Source of the DNA: Chloroflexota bacterium
Lineage (GTDB): Bacteria > Chloroflexota > Anaerolineae > B4-G1 > SLSP01
Assembly: GCA_019873645.1 (NCBI GenBank)
Contig: JAIOAX010000010.1
Span: 19,728-83,727 of the forward strand
Length of the DNA stretch: 64,000 nt
Direction of reading: 5' to 3'
The notes below the pieces were generated by a model. The model ran no database searches. It was not told the DNA's origin and was given only the letters and a program-made list of their open reading frames with translations. Shown in pieces: positions 58,868-64,000 of the stretch. Within the stretch, counting starts at the first letter, position 1, and each line of letters opens with the position of its first letter. Both the position numbers and the translations under genes were made by a program.

Positions 58868-60928
58868 ATGATGTCTACGGGATTTTGGAGCGATCAGCCG
58901 CCGGTAAGCGCTGCAGAGGATTATTTTGGTTTTCAGGACTATGCAGAGGCGTTAGGACAGGCGATCCTTACCTGTAGTACCCCCTTGACCATCGGTATTT
59001 TTGGACCACGCGGTGCCGGCAAGACGAGCCTGCTGCGTTTGATGTGGTTGTACCTGGCGGAACAGCGCGCGCTTGAGACGCGCCGGCCCTACGGCATCTG
59101 GTTCGATGCGCGCTGTGACCCCGCCGCCACAGCGCCGTGGCGGCGTTTGTTGCTGCAAGTGCTCGCCGAACTTAAGCAAGCGGCGCTCACTCCCGCCGAT
59201 ATTCACGACCTTACGCAGTGGGAGACGTTGCTCACGGCCGATCGGCAACCTGTGGGGCGCGTTGCCACACAGCTTGCTACTGCTCCCGCCTCCCGCGAAC
59301 TTATGGAAGAATTCCGCACCGGCTTTGCCCGGTTGATGACCGAGCGTTTGTGGAATCACGGCAGTTTGCTCGCCGTCTTCATAGATGAGCTGGATGACTG
59401 TGCTCCTGACCATGTCCTGGCGTTATGTGATACCATCCTTAGCTTTCTCGCCGTGCCCGGATGTGTGGTTGTGTTGGGCGCCGATCGCGGGCATCTCACC
59501 GAAGTTCTCCGCCAACGCCATGCCGATCCTGCAGGTATCCTTGAAAAGCTAATCCAGTTGCCGTTTATACTGCCGCCCCTCCAGGAGACCCACAGCGAAC
59601 GTTTTCTGACACATATCGCGCCCGATGTTCCCGGCGAAGCACGCCGTATTTTGATTGAAGGCTTGCCGCCAAGCCCCAGGAGGCTCAAACGCATCCTTAA
59701 TTTCTTCCGGCTGCTGCTGGAATTGGCAAGCCAGCGCAGCATCCGCGGAAGTACAGCAACCGTTGATCCCGGGTTGCTGGCAAAAATCATCGTCATCTAT
59801 GAACGCTACCCTGCGCTCTATCAGGACTTGTGCACTTACCCCCAACTGCTTCAGGAATTGGAAGCCCACGCCCGCGGCCTTCCGCCTGAACCGGGGGACG
59901 CTTTCCTGCCTGGCGCCGACACCGTTGCGGCATTGCGCGAACGCTATGCCGGCGAACAAACTCTGGTGCGCATCCTGTGCAGCGGGGCGTCGTTCGCAAC
60001 ACTCCCACTACCGGAGGTCAGCCGCTACATTCATTTAACGTTGCTCACGGCGGCCGATCAAAAGATTGCGGTAGGGTCAGAACAACGGTTGTGGGAGGAT
60101 ATGCTCAGCGGCGACCTGGGACGTATCCGCGCCGCCGTCAAAATGGCGCAGCAGCGCGAATGGCATCCCCGCTACGTCAATGCCCTGGTTCAATTCGTAC
60201 AACGTCGGCGCCCTACGCCCGTGGAACAGCGTCTCTCGGCGGCCTGGGCTTTGGGGTATCTCGGCGATCCACGCAACTTCGATGAAGTGGTGGAGATTCC
60301 TGCCGGTGAATTTCCCTGCGGCGAAGCGGGTCTGCCGTACTACCTGCTGGCCTATCGCATCCGTCGTTACCTCGTCACCAACGCCGAATATGCCGAGTTC
60401 CTCCAGGCGCACCCGGATGTGCCGGTTCCACAGGCGCGGGAAGATTGGGCGCGCGCCTACAATTGGGACCCGGAACAGCGCACCTATCCGCCCGGCAAAG
60501 GCAATCATCCGGTCGTGCTCGTCACATGGGACGAGGCCGCGGCCTACTGTGCCTGGGTAGGCGGACGGTTGCCCACCCAAGAAGAATGGGAACGTGCCGC
60601 GCGCGGACATGATGGGCGCATCTATCCATGGGGCAATGACTTTACCTCCGGGCGCGCCAATACACGCGAGAGCGGCCTGGGCAGTCCCACACCGGTGGGC
60701 GTCTTTGTGGATGGCGAGAGCGCCGAGGGCCTTTTGGATATGGCCGGCAATGTCTGGGAATGGACCGCCAGCGACTACGACTTGCAAACAAAGGTGCTCC
60801 GCGGCGGCGCATGGAACTTCCCGGCTGAATCGGCTAAGGTGTTCGCCTTTGAGCGCAGCCGTCCCGATAACCGCTCACATGCCATCGGCTTTCGCGTCGT
60901 CTTCCCGCCGCTCAAAAAACCGGCTTGA
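58868..60928 (+). CDS. KAP-family P-loop NTPase fused to a HEAT-like linker and an FGE-sulfatase (SUMF1-like) domain
   Basis: TIGIFGPRGAGKTS, VFIDELDDC, EKLIQLPF.LP and PRRLKR (KAP); VTNAEY, HPVV.VTW, RLPT.EEWE.AARG, DMAGNVWEW, RGGAW and GFR (FGE). Confidence 0.88.
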   Translation: MMSTGFWSDQPPVSAAEDYFGFQDYAEALGQAILTCSTPLTIGIFGPRGAGKTSLLRLMWLYLAEQRALETRRPYGIWFDARCDPAATAPWRRLLLQVLAELKQAALTPADIHDLTQWETLLTADRQPVGRVATQLATAPASRELMEEFRTGFARLMTERLWNHGSLLAVFIDELDDCAPDHVLALCDTILSFLAVPGCVVVLGADRGHLTEVLRQRHADPAGILEKLIQLPFILPPLQETHSERFLTHIAPDVPGEARRILIEGLPPSPRRLKRILNFFRLLLELASQRSIRGSTATVDPGLLAKIIVIYERYPALYQDLCTYPQLLQELEAHARGLPPEPGDAFLPGADTVAALRERYAGEQTLVRILCSGASFATLPLPEVSRYIHLTLLTAADQKIAVGSEQRLWEDMLSGDLGRIRAAVKMAQQREWHPRYVNALVQFVQRRRPTPVEQRLSAAWALGYLGDPRNFDEVVEIPAGEFPCGEAGLPYYLLAYRIRRYLVTNAEYAEFLQAHPDVPVPQAREDWARAYNWDPEQRTYPPGKGNHPVVLVTWDEAAAYCAWVGGRLPTQEEWERAARGHDGRIYPWGNDFTSGRANTRESGLGSPTPVGVFVDGESAEGLLDMAGNVWEWTASDYDLQTKVLRGGAWNFPAESAKVFAFERSRPDNRSHAIGFRVVFPPLKKPA

Positions 60929-60952
60929 CGCAATCTAACTTTTTCCTATAAT
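60925..60952 (+). promoter_or_regulatory. Sigma70-like promoter
   Basis: TTGACG-16nt-TATAAT upstream of the response regulator gene. Confidence 0.6.
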
Positions 60953-60993
60953 GGAGTAAGGAGTATGAAGTGGGGAGTAAGGAGTAGGGACAA

Positions 60994-61851
60994 GTGGAAG
61001 GTCGCGTGTTGTTGATAGAAGACCACGAGGGCAACCGTCTCTTGCTCTCACAGCAATTTGTCAAAGAGGGTTTTGAGGTTGCCGAAGCTACCACGGCTGC
61101 GGAGGGGATCAAGACCGCCATCCGCTTAATGCCGCAGGTGATTGTCTTGAGCATGAGCCTGCCGGATATGTCCGGGATGGAAGTCGTGCGGCGATTGCGC
61201 GCCATCAACCGCACCAAACATACCTTCCTTATGCTCATCGGTGATAAAAATGACCGCCAGCAGCGACTTGACGGCCTGGATATCGGCGCCAACGATTTCA
61301 TTGATAGCCCCTTTGATCCTGAACTGGTCGCTCTGCGTGTGCGCAATGCCATCCACCGCAAAAACCTGGATAACCTCACCGATCCCATCACCGGCCTGCC
61401 CGCCGGCCGCCAGGTCCACGATGAGCTACTCAATCTATTGCAGTCACCCACCGGGGATTGGGCCCTCATGCGTTTCCGCATCCTCAAGCTGGAGCCGCTG
61501 CGCGAAGTCTACGGGTTAAGTGCCGGCGAAAAACTGGTCAACAGCGTCGCCCGGCTCCTTGCCGAGGCGTTAGCGCATGATGAGATTCACAATGACTTCC
61601 TCGGCTATGGTGGACACGACGACTTCATTATCATCACCCACAAAGACCGCGCTGCAACTCTCGAGGCCGAAGTACGCGCTCGCTTTGCCGATGCCGTCAA
61701 CACCTGCTACAGCGATGCTGATCGCGAGCGCGGGTACCTCGAATGGGACGGACAACATTGCCCTTTTGCGACTTTGCGCGTCCGCTGCGTGACTCCCGCC
61801 GATGGCCCCTTCTACGACATCCGCTCCCTGAGTGAGGCCATCGCCGGTTAA
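60994..61851 (+). CDS. Receiver domain + degenerate GGDEF domain protein
   Basis: REC domain with Ser at the phospho-Asp site (VLSMSLP); DPITGLP; GGHDDF in place of GGDEF. Confidence 0.8.
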   Translation: MEGRVLLIEDHEGNRLLLSQQFVKEGFEVAEATTAAEGIKTAIRLMPQVIVLSMSLPDMSGMEVVRRLRAINRTKHTFLMLIGDKNDRQQRLDGLDIGANDFIDSPFDPELVALRVRNAIHRKNLDNLTDPITGLPAGRQVHDELLNLLQSPTGDWALMRFRILKLEPLREVYGLSAGEKLVNSVARLLAEALAHDEIHNDFLGYGGHDDFIIITHKDRAATLEAEVRARFADAVNTCYSDADRERGYLEWDGQHCPFATLRVRCVTPADGPFYDIRSLSEAIAG

Positions 61852-61869
61852 ATCCGCCGGCTGGAGGGG

Positions 61870-64000
61870 ATGACCCCGCTGGTGATCTTTGCGCTGGCCT
61901 GGGCTGGAGGTGAACTTCTGGCCCAGGCCGCTCGTTTTCCCCTGGCATGGTTGTTGTTGGCGTTTCCCGCGCTGCTGGTCCTGCACTTCGGCTGGAATGA
62001 ACATCCCAACGCCCGCCGCGCCGTCATTGGACTCTTCGGCATCCTGTGCGGCGCGGGACGCCTGGCGCTGGCCCAACCGCACATTGACGCCGGACACATT
62101 GCCTTTTACAACGATGCCGGCCGCGTGATCCTCGAAGGTGTTGTCGTCCGTGAGCCTGACCACCGCCCCGCCCTCACCAACCTGTATGTGGATGTGCGCG
62201 CTCTCGTCCTGGCCGATGGAGAACATCTGCCGTTGCAAGGACATGTTCTGGTCAAGGCGCCGCCTTACACCGCAGTCGAGTACGGAGATCTCATCCGCGC
62301 GGCCGGTTGGCTGGAGACCCCGCCGGTTTTCGAGAGTTTCTCGTACCGCGATTACCTGGTCCGTCAGGGCGTACACTCACTGTTGCGCAAAGCCGAAGTT
62401 GAGGTTTTGGTTTCGCATCAGGGCTTTTTCCTTTTGGAGTGGCTATATCGCTTCAAAGCGCATGCCTTGAGCATACTGCTTTCGTTGTTGCCGGAACCAC
62501 AAGCCTCACTGCTGGCCGGTATCCTGCTCGGCGTGGAAAGCGGCATCCCCGATGACCTCAATGAGGCCTTCGTCGCCACCGGCACAAGTCACATCGTCGC
62601 CATCTCCGGCTTTAACCTCTCGATCATTGCCGGCGTTTTTGTGCAACTGACGGAACGGTTGTTAAAGGGGCGCGGCAAAACCCTCCTGCCGCTTATCGGA
62701 TTGTGGCTGTATACCATTCTGGTTGGCGCGGCGGCGGCAGTGATGCGCGCTGCGGTGATGGCGACGGTGATGATCATCGCTCGCCGCGAGGAGCGCAGCA
62801 CTCACGGCCCGACCTCGCTGGCGGCGGCGGCGCTGGTGATGATGCTGCTCAATCCCTATGTGTTGTGGGATGTGGGATTCCAGCTCAGCCTGGCAGCAAC
62901 GCTGGGGTTGATTCTATACACCGAGCCACTGACCAGGGGATTTCAGCGGTTCTGCGAGCGGTTGACCGACCAGGAACGCGCCCAACGCATCGTCGGCGTG
63001 TTGAGTGATGCGCTCATCGTCACGCTGGCCGCACAGATCACGACGACCGGGGTGATCATCGGCGTTTTCCGGCGGCTATCACTGGTCACACTGCTGACCA
63101 ACCTGTTCGTTTTGCCGGCCCAACCCTACGTGATGCTGTTCGGCGGTGTAGCCCTCGTCGTTGCGCTGCCGGTGTACCCGCTGGGACAGGCATTGAGCTG
63201 GCTGGCCTGGGTATTCCTCACCTACACCATCGCGGTTGTGCGTTGGACAGCGGCCTTCCCACTGGCGTCCGTCGAATTAGGCAACGTTACCTTGCCGCTG
63301 GTATGGGGCTATTACCTCGCATTGGCGCTGGTGACGTGGTGGTTTTCCCGGTCCACAGAAGAACGCCGGCATTCCTTGCAGGCGCTCAAAGGGGTACCCT
63401 CCTGGCAGATAACCGCCGGCGTCGCGGCGCTGGCATTGCTGATGGGTTACCTTTACACGACGCCGGATGGACGGCTGCATGTCTGGGTGCTCGATGTGGG
63501 AACAGGGGATGCCCTCTTCATCCAGACGCCGGGGGGCCGACAGGTGCTCATTGACGGCGGCGGTGACGCGCGGCGGGTCCTGGCGCAGCTAGGACGACGG
63601 ATGCCCTTTTGGGATCGCCGTCTGGACATGGTGATTCTCACCTCGCCGGACATGGAGCGACTGGCGGGATTGGTGCCCGTGTTGGAACGATACAAGGTTG
63701 ACTTTGTCGGTGTGGGGCCGGAAACCGGGCAAGGCAATGTGTATGAACGTTGGGCAGCATTGCTGGTAGCGCGCCCGGCGGGGAGCGTGGGGACGCTATG
63801 GGCGGGGACGGTGTGGGCATTAGACGCCGGCGTTACTCTGCGGTCGCTTTGGCCGGAGCGTGAAGACACCGGGCCGCTGGTTTTGCGGCTCGGCTATGGC
63901 GATACAAGTTTGCTGTTCGGCGGCGACGCGACGGCGTGGGTGGAGGAGTCACTGGTTGCCCGCGACGCTGGCGCGCTGCACAGCACGGCGCTAGTATTGG
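61870..64000 (+). CDS. comEC: ComEC/Rec2 DNA uptake channel, 3'-partial
   Basis: Frame open to the window end (so absent from the ORF track). MTPLVIF start; DUF4131-like region (FSYRDYL.RQG); TGTSHIVAISGFN, RAAVM, DVGFQLS, LDVGTGDA and VLIDGG motifs. Confidence 0.9.
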   Translation, partial: MTPLVIFALAWAGGELLAQAARFPLAWLLLAFPALLVLHFGWNEHPNARRAVIGLFGILCGAGRLALAQPHIDAGHIAFYNDAGRVILEGVVVREPDHRPALTNLYVDVRALVLADGEHLPLQGHVLVKAPPYTAVEYGDLIRAAGWLETPPVFESFSYRDYLVRQGVHSLLRKAEVEVLVSHQGFFLLEWLYRFKAHALSILLSLLPEPQASLLAGILLGVESGIPDDLNEAFVATGTSHIVAISGFNLSIIAGVFVQLTERLLKGRGKTLLPLIGLWLYTILVGAAAAVMRAAVMATVMIIARREERSTHGPTSLAAAALVMMLLNPYVLWDVGFQLSLAATLGLILYTEPLTRGFQRFCERLTDQERAQRIVGVLSDALIVTLAAQITTTGVIIGVFRRLSLVTLLTNLFVLPAQPYVMLFGGVALVVALPVYPLGQALSWLAWVFLTYTIAVVRWTAAFPLASVELGNVTLPLVWGYYLALALVTWWFSRSTEERRHSLQALKGVPSWQITAGVAALALLMGYLYTTPDGRLHVWVLDVGTGDALFIQTPGGRQVLIDGGGDARRVLAQLGRRMPFWDRRLDMVILTSPDMERLAGLVPVLERYKVDFVGVGPETGQGNVYERWAALLVARPAGSVGTLWAGTVWALDAGVTLRSLWPEREDTGPLVLRLGYGDTSLLFGGDATAWVEESLVARDAGALHSTALVL

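Noticed and set aside
60700-60928. Diversity-generating retroelement (FGE target plus bAvd-like gene at 16052)
   Set aside because: No reverse transcriptase or template repeat was seen in the window, and the two genes are 44 kb apart.

Overview
Roughly 60% GC bacterial chromosome segment, most likely Chloroflexota (Anaerolineae-like), judging from a C-terminal 'FLPLVLR' surface-protein tail, SpoVS, a stand-alone dnaN and abundant 7-9 bp intergenic repeats. Housekeeping content includes an aconitase/isocitrate dehydrogenase/ATP-citrate lyase (aclBA) cluster, T-box-controlled pheS-pheT, dnaN, a Lon-like protease, uppP, tRNA-Pro(CGG), ABC transporters, rocD and a partial comEC. There are also several decayed toxin-antitoxin/accessory pseudogenes and at least three MITE/REP-like element families. 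The highlight is a ~12.7 kb minus-strand cluster (18103-30772): MFS transporter, membrane protein, GNAT, ABC exporter, GT87 glycosyltransferase, an Rv3378c-like diterpenyl transferase, an Rv3377c-like class II diterpene cyclase, and a directly abutting membrane histidine kinase and response regulator. A sharply low-GC block (~19600-21000) spans the cyclase catalytic region and the kinase's N-terminal membrane sensor, as if signal synthase and receptor were swapped together. This suggests a possible diterpenoid signalling (quorum-sensing-like) system. All family assignments come from motif recognition by eye; no database searches were run.
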